A stretch of DNA of 64,000 nt from an uncultured Acidobacteriota bacterium (GTDB lineage Bacteria > Acidobacteriota > Vicinamibacteria > Vicinamibacterales > JAKQTR01), in the NCBI GenBank assembly GCA_963817885.1, contig CAWFQE010000002.1, forward strand, positions 704,202 to 768,201. The letters are read 5' to 3'. The notes beneath the pieces are model-generated. The model was not told the origin of the DNA. It did not search any database and saw only the letters and a list, made by a program, of their open reading frames with translations. Shown in pieces: positions 19,596 through 33,686 of the stretch. Position 1 is the first letter of the stretch, and every line of letters starts with the position of its first letter. Position numbers and translations under genes: made by a program.

Positions 19596-19893
19596 TCATG
19601 GGCCCGGTGGGCTGGCACCAGGACACAGCTGCCCACCCCGCCGGGACGCGTTCAGCGTTTCTGCTCCGGCGCGCACGAGCCGGCGCGCGTAGTCCATGTC
19701 TTCTTCGACGAACAGGTCGAGAGCACCGACACCGATCCAGGCAGGCGGCAGGCCGGCGAGGCTGGCTACCCGGGCGGGGACGACGGCTGCCGGCACGCTG
19801 GACGAGCCTGCTGGATTGCGGGCGCGAGTCCCAAAGCCAGTCCAAAGCCGGCGCTGCGGATAGCGAAGTCGCGACGAGTGAGGTGATGGCTCA
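19596..19893 (-). pseudogene. degraded alpha/beta-hydrolase remnant (Tat-signal-like N-terminus MSHHLTRRDFAIRSAGFGLA fused out of frame to a C-terminal lipase/esterase fragment)
   Basis: short ORF with twin-arginine-like leader stops after ~45 codons; adjacent frame carries LPPAWIGVGALDLFVEEDMDYARRLVRAGAE (hydrolase C-terminal motif) without its catalytic core. Confidence 0.2.
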
Positions 19894-20247
19894 TTTCGAG
19901 GGGGGCATCTCGAAGAACGGGCGTACCTCGACCGGCGTCCGGCAGGCGACGACAGCCTTGCGGCCCCAGGCGAGCGCCTCGTCCAGGTCGGCGACTTCCA
20001 GGATCCAGAAGCCTCCCACGTGCTCCTTGGCTTCCAGATACGGTCCGTCCGTGATGAGCACCTGGCCATTGGGCTGCGCCCGCAGCGACTTCGCCGTGGG
20101 TTCCGGCTGCAGGCCGCCGGCGAAGAACCTGACGCCGGCCGCCATCATGTCCTTGTTGAGTGCGCTGATATCGCGCTTCGTCTCATCCGTGACGGTGGAC
20201 GGGTCGAACTTGTCGGGGTGGTGAATGGCAACTAGATACTGCGGCAT
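19891..20247 (-). CDS. YciI-like (YCII-related) family protein
   Basis: MPQYLVAIHHPDKFDPSTVTDE...GPYLEAKEHVGGFWILEVADLDEALAW, typical YCII fold signature. Confidence 0.75.
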   Translation of the reverse strand: MPQYLVAIHHPDKFDPSTVTDETKRDISALNKDMMAAGVRFFAGGLQPEPTAKSLRAQPNGQVLITDGPYLEAKEHVGGFWILEVADLDEALAWGRKAVVACRTPVEVRPFFEMPPSK

Positions 20248-20420
20248 GACTCCTCCTTGAACGGTCGCCCTGGCGGACCAGTCTTACCTGCCTTCACTGT
20301 GTTGACGAACGGCAGCACGGGAATTCTACAAATCGTCGTGGGCATTTCGCTCCTCCGCCCGGAGTCGTCGCCGAGACTGTGGTCGCGGGCGGAGGAGGAG
20401 CCGGTTTCGCCGGTGGGTGC

Positions 20421-20807
20421 TTACCGCTTCACCCGGGATGGGTGAGGTGTGCCGCCCGGCAGGCTGCTGTATGGGATCTCGCGTACCTCGCCCGGCGTCC
20501 GTCCGGCGATGGAACCCTTGCGGGCCCACGCCAGCGCCTCGTCCATGTCGGCGGCTTCCAGTATCACAAAACCGCCGACGTGCTCCTTGGCTTCCAGATA
20601 CGGGCCGTCGGTGACGAGCACTTCGCCATTGGGTCGCACCCGCAGCGACTTCGCGCTGCTGGCTGGGGCGAGGCCGCCAACCAGGAGCCTGACACCGGCA
20701 GCGATCATCTCCTCGTTGAGCGCGTTGATATCGCGGACCGTCGCTTCGGTCATTGTGGAGGGGTCGAAGTTGTCGGGAAGGAAATTCGTCACCATGTACT
20801 GTGGCAT
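20421..20807 (-). CDS. YciI-like family protein, tandem paralog
   Basis: MPQYMVTNFLPDNFDPSTMTEA...GPYLEAKEHVGGFVILEAADMDEALAW; ~60% identical to its neighbour. Confidence 0.75.
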   Translation of the reverse strand: MPQYMVTNFLPDNFDPSTMTEATVRDINALNEEMIAAGVRLLVGGLAPASSAKSLRVRPNGEVLVTDGPYLEAKEHVGGFVILEAADMDEALAWARKGSIAGRTPGEVREIPYSSLPGGTPHPSRVKR

Positions 20808-20959
20808 AACGTCTCCTGTTCTCTTGTTTCGGTCATTCGGGCGGGTCGATCTGTCCTGCCTTCAATATGTCGACGAATGGCCTGACCGGAATTCTACAAA
20901 GGGTCTGACGTCTTTCCTTCGCCCGCGCCGTATTTCAGGAATCAACTCTCTCCATTGAT

Positions 20960-22231
20960 TCAATTCGATTGATCGGCCGGCGGCGTCTGGTTGAGCCTTG
21001 CCGTCAGCAAGTCCTGCTCGCGACGGTTCTCGGTCATCGCAAGGGCGCGTTGCAGCTCTTCGCGCGCTTCGGCGAAGCGTCCCAGCTTCGTGAGCAAATC
21101 TGCCCTGACGCTGGGCAGCAGATGATAGTTGGTCAGCGCGGGTTCCCCTGCGAGCGCATCGAGCGCGTGGAGTCCAGCACCAGGTCCTTGCGCCATTCCG
21201 ACGGCTACGGCGCGGTTCAGCGCCACGATGGGAGATGGGCTGATCTGAAGCAGGTCGTCATAGTGGAGGACGATCTGCTGCCAGTCGGTCTCCGCTGCAG
21301 TCCTGGCTCGTGCGTGGCAGGCGGCGATCGCCGCCTGCAGGGCGTAGGTGCCGGCGCCGCCACCGAGATCCTGAGCGCGCGCCAGTGCAGCCATTCCTCG
21401 CTGAATCTGCGCGTGGTCCCACAAAGAACGGTCCTGCTCGGACAGGAGGACGGCTTCTCCGGTTGGTCCGCGACGCGCTGCAGTGCGCGATGCCTGCAAC
21501 TCCATGAGCGCGAGGAGGCCATGGACCTCGGGCTCATCAGGAAGAAGCCTTGCCAGCCTGCGGCCAAGGCGGACGGCTTCCACGCACAGTGTGGCCCGCA
21601 TCCACTCCTCTCCAGAGGTTGCGGTGTATCCCTCGTTGAAGATCAGGTAGACCACAGCCAGCACTGAGTCAACCCGCCGTCTCAATTCGTCGCCGCGCGG
21701 AGTCTCAAAGGGAACGTGAGCCTCGGCGAGTGTCTTCTTGGCTCGGAAGATGCGCTGGCCTAACGTCTTCTCGGGCACCAGGAACGACCGGGCAATCTCG
21801 GCCGTGGTGAGCCCGCAGGCCACGCGCAGCGTGAGCGCCACGCGGCCCTCGACGGGCAGCACCGGATGGCAGGCGGTAAAGATGAGGCGGAGCACATCAT
21901 CATCGATGACCTGGTCCAGCGCTTGATCCATGGCTTCGCCCAGCCGCTGTTGCTGAAACTCCAGATCCCGCGCAATCTCTCCGTGCTTGAGTTCCAGCAT
22001 CCGGCGACGGCGCAGAGCGTCGATGGCGCGCCGCTTTGCCGCGGTCATCAGCCAGGCGGCAGGTTTCTCCGGGATACCGTCGTGCGGCCATCGTTCGAGC
22101 GCTGCAACGAGGGCATCCTGAGCGAGTTCCTCCGCGATGCCGACGTCGCGGGTCACGCGGGCAATCCCTGCGATGAGCCGTGTGGACTCAATCTTCCACA
22201 CGGCCTCGATCGCCTTGTGTGTGTCGTTCAT
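20960..22231 (-). CDS. sigma-70 family RNA polymerase sigma factor, ECF-like with long C-terminal extension (type usually found next to YciI genes)
   Basis: region 2 (DALVAALERWPHDG...AWLMTAAKRRAIDALRRRR) and region 4 (LRVACGLTTAEIARSFLVPEKTLGQRIFRAKKTL) followed by ~230-aa helical extension. Confidence 0.8.
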   Translation of the reverse strand: MNDTHKAIEAVWKIESTRLIAGIARVTRDVGIAEELAQDALVAALERWPHDGIPEKPAAWLMTAAKRRAIDALRRRRMLELKHGEIARDLEFQQQRLGEAMDQALDQVIDDDVLRLIFTACHPVLPVEGRVALTLRVACGLTTAEIARSFLVPEKTLGQRIFRAKKTLAEAHVPFETPRGDELRRRVDSVLAVVYLIFNEGYTATSGEEWMRATLCVEAVRLGRRLARLLPDEPEVHGLLALMELQASRTAARRGPTGEAVLLSEQDRSLWDHAQIQRGMAALARAQDLGGGAGTYALQAAIAACHARARTAAETDWQQIVLHYDDLLQISPSPIVALNRAVAVGMAQGPGAGLHALDALAGEPALTNYHLLPSVRADLLTKLGRFAEAREELQRALAMTENRREQDLLTARLNQTPPADQSN

Positions 22232-22605
22232 GCCTGGCGAAAGGAGCCTATCGAGCCCCAGCAGTACGCCTGCTTCCTGCAGGCTCTTCTTGTACTCTAC
22301 ATCCTGGCAACCGCCTCCGCGCGAGGGGCTGCGTCCGCGCCTGCCGTTTCAAACCCTTTGCGGATCACCACCATCATGAAGCGGATCCCCATCTCCTTCA
22401 TCGGACGTCCTGATCCCCGGCCCTTCGCTTTTCGAAGGGGTCGGGCGGGGCTCGGGCGCGAGCCGGCGGGGGAATCTCGTCTGGGAAGCCGAGGCGGAGG
22501 AGGAGCGCGTACCCGAGGACCCCGTGATACAGGAAGAGATTGAAGCTCGGTCGGGAGAGCGCCGTGCCGTCCGCACGAGAGGCCACTTACGGCCACAGGC
22601 CACCG

Positions 22606-25559
<2,954 letters not shown>

Positions 25560-25563
<4 letters not shown>

Positions 25564-26520
25564 CCTGGACCTTCCGCCGGCAACGGATCGATGTAGAAGA
25601 ACGCCAGTTCCTGCACCTCGACGTTGCTCTTCTTCGTGAGGCGCACCGGGACGGAGGCCTTGCCGAGGAGCCGCTGGTCGGCCAGGTACTCGCACGCCGA
25701 TGCCCACGCCCTCGACGTCGAAGGTTCGCCGGAAGTGATCCTCGATCTCGGTGCACGACCGCGCTTCGCCCACCTCGCGCAGGTGCTCGAGGACGGGCGC
25801 GAACAGCGTCGTCGCGCGCTCACCGAGGTACGCGTCGACCGCGTCGAGCGCGGCCTGCACGCCTTCGCGCGTCTTCGGCGCGTTCAGCAGGTCCGCGTAG
25901 ATCCGCGTGAAGAACGGCGGGTTGAGCGCCATCGCCTGCGGGATCACCTCGCGGTCCGCCAGCAGGCCGCGGCCGATCACCTCGATCCGCGCGAGCGGCG
26001 TGGCGGCGTAGAGGATCCAGAGCGCGGTGTAGTCGAGGTCGCCGCGCGTGAGGAACCACTTGTGCGCCTTGTCGATCGGCCCGAGCGCGGCGGTCGCCAC
26101 GCGCAGCAGCTGGAGCTCGCGGTCGCGCTCGCCGAGATCGGCAGCGAGGCGCACAAATCGGCGATGGTCGGGTCGTGCGTGTAGAGCAGACGTCCCTTCG
26201 CCAGGAACGAGTGCAGGAACGAGTTGCGGATCGAGCCCTCGACCGCCTTGCGGAACTCGGCGCGCGGCACGAGGAGCGCGTGGACGTTGACGCCGTCCGC
26301 GTAGAGCGCGACGCCGTCTTTCGGCGCGGCCGCCGTCGTCGACCGTGACCAGGACGAGGTCGATGTCGGACTTCTCCCAGACGGTGTCGTGCGACAGGCT
26401 GCCGCAGAGGATGGCGGCGAGGACCGAGCGGTCGCGCTTGACCTCCTCGACGAGCGCGTCGAGGGCCTCGGTGAACGTCTTCCGGACCGCCGGCTGATCC
26501 CTCGGCGTGGTGGGCCTCAC
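25560..26520 (-). CDS. nucleotidyltransferase-domain protein (minimal NTase fold, ANT/KNTase-like) with helical C-terminal domain; about 3 frameshifts
   Basis: GTG start; [29 protein letters not shown] matches the GS-x(9-13)-DxD nucleotidyltransferase signature; C-terminal half continues in other frames. Confidence 0.45.
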
Positions 26521-26602
26521 ATTCCTAAGATACTCACGACACCCCCGCCATGAGAAGGGCTGTGTCCCTCGCGCCGAAGAATCGCAGTATGCTGATCGCT
26601 CG

Positions 26603-27278
26603 ATGAGCGTCAGTTCGAGGAACAAATCCGTCTCGGCAGCCGTCGCGTTCCTTGCGGCGGCCTTCGCCATCCTGCTGGTCTCGCCTGCCCGCTTTTCGCC
26701 GTGGCTCTTCCTGGCGTTTCTCGCCTGCTTCGTCACGGGCTCACTCTTCGCACTGGGCCTGCTGATGTGGCCATGGCAGGCCGATCGGCGGCCGGGCATC
26801 ACGGCGCCGAAGCGGCGGCCGAACGTCGCGGTGCAGTTCGCGCCGCCGCGGCTCCCGACCCCGGTGGTGGTGTTCGTGAGCACCATAGCGGCCGCCTTCG
26901 CCGTCGCTTGGCATGCTGATCGCCGTCGGAGTCCTGCAATTTCGCGACGCCTCCGCCGGTGACATGGCGGGGCTGGTGGCCATTTACCTGGCCGCCGCGG
27001 TCTTCCTGCTCGCGTATATCCGGCGCCACGTCCACCTCGCGATACGCGTCGACACCGAGGGCCTGAATGCCCGGTCGTACTTGCGGCACATCGGCCTCGG
27101 CTGGAACGATGTGACCGGTCTCGATTTCGGAGAGGTGCCGCGCTGGCTTGGCGGCGGCAGGATCTACAGGGTCCGATCCTCGAAGGGCACGTTCATTTTC
27201 TTCAGCTCGTGGCCCGGAGCCGACATGCTGGCCAGGATGATTGCGACGGCCACCGGGCTCGAGTGGGAGCGCGGATAG
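26603..27278 (+). CDS. membrane protein (2-3 TM) with C-terminal bacterial PH-like domain; one frameshift ~26920-26960
   Basis: [26 protein letters not shown] and [23 protein letters not shown] helices; second frame carries a bPH-like soluble domain (…[32 protein letters not shown]...[15 protein letters not shown]). Confidence 0.4.
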
Positions 27279-27368
27279 GCTTCGCCGCGGCCGGAGCGAC
27301 GCGGCTGGCCGACCGGAAGTAGAAGGCCCGAGGATTCGTCCTCGCGGCTCACGGTCCGCGACGAAGCG

Positions 27369-28395
27369 CTACCGCCGCGGCGGGTTGACCCGGGTCTTGA
27401 TGTCCTTGAACGACTCGGTGAGGTCCTTCGTCAGGCCGCTCCGAATCTCTTCCCGCATCTTCGCCGCCATGTCGCGGACGCCCCCTTCAACCGGCTTCGC
27501 CGTGCGTGCCGGACGAGTCACCGTAAAGGCGCCCGTCGCCTCGAGCGATCCGAGAATCCACGCCGCGCCGCGGGCGGCAGAGGCTTCGAAGACGTCGATT
27601 GGAATCCGGCAATAGCCGCCATCACCCCAGCCCTGGCCCCAACTGTTGCGGATGAGCATGGTCCCCTCGTCCATGTCGTATCCGACCAGCAGCATGGCGT
27701 GGGTGCCGCAGTCGGTGCGCACGGCGTCGAGCTCGGCGGCAGTCGGCGTCGGGACACGGCCGGTGCGGCCCGCCTCCTCGTAGCATCGATCCGGCAGGCT
27801 GGTCGCGAACACCACCGGGTGCTCGCGGGCGAGAGCGCCCTTGATGGCTTCCAGGCCATCCACGCGCGCGTATTCCTCCGGCTGATGCGGAAGCGCCACT
27901 CGATAGAGGGCCTGGTCCGGCGCCGTGGTGACCCGCTCAGGATAGTACCGGCCACTCCGGCTCGGGCGGCGCCCCGTACGCGAGGAATGCGGCCATGGCT
28001 TCGGGAATCGTTGCCCCTGCATCGATGTTTTCCCGGGCCGCCATTCGGCGCGAGTTGTAGTAGACGAACAGGCGGCTCAAGTCGACCGGCGCCAGCCCCT
28101 TCTTCCGCTCCAGGAACTCCATGGCGCCGACCATCGCGTTGGCGGTGCAGCTGCCCACCTGGCCCTGGTCCTCGACCGATGAGCAGTCAGGGCGCAGGTC
28201 CACCCTCCGCGGAAGCGACGCCAGGTTCGGCACGGCCCGAAAGTCAGACGGCGACGGGGCCGAGGGCAGGCAGCCGTCGAGGCGGCGCCCCGTGGACGCG
28301 CCGGGCACACCGAACCTCGTGTAGATGGCCTGACCGCAGGACGGACACCGGTTGCCGGTTGGTGGAAGTTCGGCCCCGCACTTGTAGCACTTCAT
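27369..28395 (-). CDS. zinc-ribbon-fused papain-like cysteine peptidase (C1 family); single-base frameshift in a GG run at ~27955-27965
   Basis: MKCYKCGAELPPTGNRCPSCGQ zinc ribbon; catalytic Cys in QGQVGSCTANAMVGAMEF; His/Asn in GTHAMLLVGYDMDEGTMLIRNSWGQGWGDGGYCRIP; deleting one G restores ...PEPEWPYYPERV. Confidence 0.7.
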
Positions 28396-28446
28396 TCCCG
28401 CTCTCCGTTCTGGTCCGGGTATCGCCCGGGAGGGATGACCCAATCG

Positions 28447-29961
<1,515 letters not shown>

Positions 29962-30007
29962 CGTCGTTCTCTCTGGCCCCGACGGGCCCTGCCGCAACCG
30001 GGACAGA

Positions 30008-31159
30008 TCATGGCGCCATCGCCGGAGTGCGGCTGATGTCAATCCGGTCGACCGATCCGACCGACGCCGAGAAGCTGACTTGAAGCTGAAGCTTGTCGGG
30101 GTGGCCGGAGATGGGCGCGAGCCTGTCGCCTTCCGACAGCGGTTCGACGTGCCCGGACTCGACCGGCTTCCCGTTCAGATCCAGGCCGTGCGTGGACCGC
30201 GCGTGAACGCAGAGGCGATCGTTCACGACGACCAGGTCGAAGTGATGGCGCGAGATCGCGAGCGTCGCGGGCTCGTCCACCGCGCCGGTCCGCGGGTCGT
30301 AGGCCCGCAGGCACAGGTCGCTCGGGATGGCGTTGGCGCTGGGGTCAGGCGTGCGCGCGTTGCGCCCGCAGGCGAAGCGGCCGCTGGCCAGCATGGTGCC
30401 GCCGTCGGGCGGACGCTCCGTCGCGCGAAACCCGTGGAAGCCGAATTCCACGTGCCGGGGCACGCGCAGGTTCTCCTTCCGATAGCCGCGGATGCCCTGC
30501 TCGATCTCGAACTTCTCCGCGCGCTCGAGCGAGAGCACCGTCCGATCCTGCAACGTGCCGGTCGCTGTTCCGGGAGCCGACCGCGTGTTGAGCTGCGTGT
30601 TCACCATCCCGCCGGTCTGGAACTGCGCGCCGGTGAGGTTGATGTTCTGGATGATCTGCTGCGTGTCCTGGCCGGTCACGTTGATGGCCATGCCCGCCGC
30701 AAAGGCGTATTCCTCTTCGAGTCCCTTGTAGCGGGAGGCGATCACGATGATCGCCCGCAGCGTGTGCGTGCCGCCCTCGGAGATCGGCTTCGTGTCGAGC
30801 GTGAAATGCCGCTCGGCACCCGCCTCTATCTGCTCCCACGTGAGCGCCAGCGGTTCGTCGACACGCCCGTCCCACTTCACGATGCGCTTCACCCAGATGG
30901 GGCGGGCCGACGGGGTCGCGTTGCGGAGGATGAGCGGCACCGACAGGCGCTCGCCGGCTTTCGACTGCACGACGGCGCCCGCGTCGATCATCAGGGCCGG
31001 CGCCACGCAGACCGGGCACGCCTGCGTCGGCGTGACGAGGCTCCCGCATTCGGGAAACGCCATGCAGCGCAGGTAGGGGTGGCCGCAGTCCGGGCAGAAT
31101 CCGGCCGCGGCGTCGCCCGCGTGTCGCTGACAGCACGCGCCGTACGGATGCCACTCCAT
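30008..31159 (-). CDS. double zinc-ribbon + FHA domain protein
   Basis: N-terminus with four CxxC pairs (CCQRH, CPDCG, FPECG, CPVC); C-terminal FHA-like ATLAISRHHFDLVVVNDRLCVHARSTHGLDLNGKPVESGHVEPLSEGDRLAPISG. Confidence 0.75.
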   Translation of the reverse strand: MEWHPYGACCQRHAGDAAAGFCPDCGHPYLRCMAFPECGSLVTPTQACPVCVAPALMIDAGAVVQSKAGERLSVPLILRNATPSARPIWVKRIVKWDGRVDEPLALTWEQIEAGAERHFTLDTKPISEGGTHTLRAIIVIASRYKGLEEEYAFAAGMAINVTGQDTQQIIQNINLTGAQFQTGGMVNTQLNTRSAPGTATGTLQDRTVLSLERAEKFEIEQGIRGYRKENLRVPRHVEFGFHGFRATERPPDGGTMLASGRFACGRNARTPDPSANAIPSDLCLRAYDPRTGAVDEPATLAISRHHFDLVVVNDRLCVHARSTHGLDLNGKPVESGHVEPLSEGDRLAPISGHPDKLQLQVSFSASVGSVDRIDISRTPAMAP

Positions 31160-31163
31160 GGGC

Positions 31164-32837
31164 TTACTGCCTCATCTGGCGGCCGCAGTACCGGCAGTGC
31201 CGGTCCGAAGCCGGGATCACGCGGTGACAGCCGGGGCACTCGGTCGTATCGGCGGCGGTCTCAGCCACCGCCGCACCACCGCGAAGGGCCGCGCCACCCG
31301 CAACGGCGGCGCCCACGCCCTGCGCCACGCCGGTCGTCCCCTGCATGGCGGAATCGAACAGGTGCCTCGCCTGCGCCTCGGAGGAGACCTTGGCTTCCTG
31401 CGCCTGCTGGATCATCTCGCGCATCAGCGCCGTGCGATCCGCCCCCTCCACGGCCCTGGCCTTGGCCTGCTCGATCATGACGTTCGCCACCTGCGGCGAG
31501 AACCCGGCGTTGATCGCCAGGATCTGATCCGGCGTGGCCTCCTTGAGCGCCTGGATCCTGGCGAGCGCCGCTTCCTCGGCCAGCTTCGCCGCCTCCATCT
31601 TCCGCCGGTGTTCCGCGTCGCCGCCCTTGATGTTGAGATCCAGCCGGCGCGAGTCCGCGTCGATCTCCACATCCTGGAGGCCGTGCATCGTCTTGATCTG
31701 GTCCTCGTGGGCCCTGGCGGCGATGTCGAGCCGCTGCATTTCCTCCAGGCGTTGCAGGGCCAGGCCCTGCTTGCGGTCCATCTCCTCGATCGACCGCTCG
31801 ACCACCCGGATGTCGGCCTGGATGCGGGTGACCTCGAGCTGATGCGTCCGCTCGCGCGTCTGGATGTCCATCTCGGCGTCGCGGCGAAGGCCTCCCGTGC
31901 GCGTCATCTCGATCGTGTGCTGCTCGCCCTCGAGCTGGGCCTTCAGACCGTCGAGCCGCTGGGTCCGATTCAACTGCAGCTCGTGCTCGAGCGCCTTCAT
32001 CTGCTGGATGCGCACGCCGGACTCGCGCGCGTCGATGAAGGTCAGCTCGTCTTTCAGGATCAGGGTGCGCAGCTCGTCCTGGGTGAGCTCCTTGGCCTTC
32101 TCGACGCTCAGGTCGGCCTGCAGCTGGATCACCGTGGACTGGGCCTCGCGTTCGACCTCGCGGCTGAGGATCTTGAACTCCCGCTCGAGCCGTTCCTGTT
32201 CCCGCTCCTGCTGGCGCTTGAGGATCTGGGCCTGCTCCTCGTCATTGGTGCCCCACGCCACCGTGACGGCGCGCGCCATCAGGCCGACGTCGGCCGCCAG
32301 GCGCTCGACTTCCTTCATCGCGTCCGCCTGGATCTTGTCCTGCAGCCCCAGGTTCCCGCGCAGTTCCAGCGCATCGACCCTCGTCGTGGCGCTGTTCAGG
32401 ACGCGCTCGAACAGGTGCGGCGAGAGCCGGCCCAGCACGCTCGCCTTGGTGACCGCGCTGTGCTCCTTCATGAGCCCGAGCACGTTCGCCGGCTTCTCCG
32501 GGTTGACCTGGAACTCGATCGTGAACTCGCACGCGACCGGGACGTGGTCCTTCGTGAGGGTGCTGGCCGAGGTCGTCAGCTGGAACGGTTTCAGATCGGC
32601 GACGAGCAGCCGCAACGCGTGGCGGCCGGCCACCGCGTCTTTCAGCGTCCGCCAGAGGCCGCCGATGGCGAAGTGCGCGCCGGCGGACGCCTCGGCAATC
32701 TGTCCATCGCGAATCAGCAGCGCCAGCGTATCGGGCCCAATGGCGAGTCGCTGTTCGAGGACGCCCTTGAACGTCTCGAGCGGCACGTACTCCCCCAGCA
32801 GGTTGTCGTCGCTCAGCGTGATGTTGGTCGTGGCCAT
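31164..32837 (-). CDS. SPFH (band 7/flotillin-like) domain protein with ~300-aa coiled coil, Gly/Ala-rich segment and C-terminal zinc ribbon
   Basis: SPFH-like LIRDGQIAEASAGAHFAIGGLWRT...TKDHVPVACEFTIEFQVNPEKPANVL...; heptad-rich EQERLEREFKILSREVEREAQ...; C-terminal CPGCHRVIPASDRHCRYCG; no N-terminal TM. Confidence 0.6.
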   Translation of the reverse strand: MATTNITLSDDNLLGEYVPLETFKGVLEQRLAIGPDTLALLIRDGQIAEASAGAHFAIGGLWRTLKDAVAGRHALRLLVADLKPFQLTTSASTLTKDHVPVACEFTIEFQVNPEKPANVLGLMKEHSAVTKASVLGRLSPHLFERVLNSATTRVDALELRGNLGLQDKIQADAMKEVERLAADVGLMARAVTVAWGTNDEEQAQILKRQQEREQERLEREFKILSREVEREAQSTVIQLQADLSVEKAKELTQDELRTLILKDELTFIDARESGVRIQQMKALEHELQLNRTQRLDGLKAQLEGEQHTIEMTRTGGLRRDAEMDIQTRERTHQLEVTRIQADIRVVERSIEEMDRKQGLALQRLEEMQRLDIAARAHEDQIKTMHGLQDVEIDADSRRLDLNIKGGDAEHRRKMEAAKLAEEAALARIQALKEATPDQILAINAGFSPQVANVMIEQAKARAVEGADRTALMREMIQQAQEAKVSSEAQARHLFDSAMQGTTGVAQGVGAAVAGGAALRGGAAVAETAADTTECPGCHRVIPASDRHCRYCGRQMRQ

Positions 32838-32849
32838 CTGTTGTCTCCG

Positions 32850-33383
32850 CTAGTCCTTGCCGGGTGTCTTCTTCAACGTCTTGACGGTCACGATGATGTT
32901 CGATCCGATCACGACGATGGCGACCACCGCGGCGGTCTTGTGCTCACCGACCAGCTGCGAGAACCGGTCCCAGGAGCTGAACTTGTTGATGCCTTCCTGG
33001 ATTGCGTCGACGTTCATGAACGTGGTGACGATCGTCGTGCCCAGGGCGAGAATCGCAACCAACCCGGCGGCGATGCGCGACCAGAATCGGACCTTCTCGA
33101 CGTTCCGCGCCGGGCCGGCGGTCTCGCGCGCGTCCAGGACCGCGTCGTAGGCCGAGCCACGATCGAGGGCCGCCTGGCGCTTGTTCTTGTCGACCTTCAG
33201 GAAGTCCGGCTTGATGTCCTTCGACCGGCCGGATTCGGCGTGCGTGAGGTTGTAGGCGCGGCGGTAGAAGAAGCTGATCACCGCGGATATCAGCCACAAC
33301 GCCGCCAACGCGATCAGGATCCAGGAAAGAGCCTGGAGCAGGGAGGAGGCTGTGCCAGGAGGTGTCAGCGCCTCGGTTTGCAT
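32850..33383 (-). CDS. hypothetical polytopic (2-3 TM) membrane protein, first gene of the zinc-ribbon operon
   Basis: TM helices LLQALSWILIALAALWLISAVISFF, IAAGLVAILALGTTIVTTF, TAAVVAIVVIGSNIIVTV; 12 nt between its stop and the SPFH gene start. Confidence 0.45.
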   Translation of the reverse strand: MQTEALTPPGTASSLLQALSWILIALAALWLISAVISFFYRRAYNLTHAESGRSKDIKPDFLKVDKNKRQAALDRGSAYDAVLDARETAGPARNVEKVRFWSRIAAGLVAILALGTTIVTTFMNVDAIQEGINKFSSWDRFSQLVGEHKTAAVVAIVVIGSNIIVTVKTLKKTPGKD

Positions 33384-33620
33384 CTTCAGTCCCCTTGTCT
33401 CAGAGCGTCCCTAAGCCTCACCTTGGGCCGGTCGCAGCGCTGCTCAGCCGGGACGCGCGCGGCCACGCGAAAAGGCGTCGGCTGATTATGTGCGCCGGGC
33501 GACACAAGTCAATAGGCGCCGTCAGACGCGATGTGCCGCACGCCTGACGGTCGAACGGTAATCGGCGCTGAATTGGGTACCCTTGAGGCGGTTCACGAGA
33601 ACGGGACGCTCGTTCTCGCG

Positions 33621-33643
33621 CGCGAGGCGGCGCGCGCCTCGCG
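33621..33643. terminator. GC palindrome CGCGAGGCG-gcgcg-CGCCTCGCG downstream of phoR
   Basis: 9-bp arms; sits between the phoR stop (33687) and the upstream end of the zinc-ribbon operon; no T-tract. Confidence 0.25.
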
Positions 33644-33686
33644 GGGCGGGTGGCTGCAGGCCCGCTCCTGGCGTGGTCTCGCGGGC

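Noticed and set aside
30008-30042. Kinase start at 30042 as in the ORF track (35-nt overlap with the FHA gene)
   Set aside because: An internal ATG at 29961 begins directly with the zinc ribbon (MNCVKCQ), mirroring the peptidase gene (MKCYKCG), and removes the overlap. The upstream 27 codons have no features.
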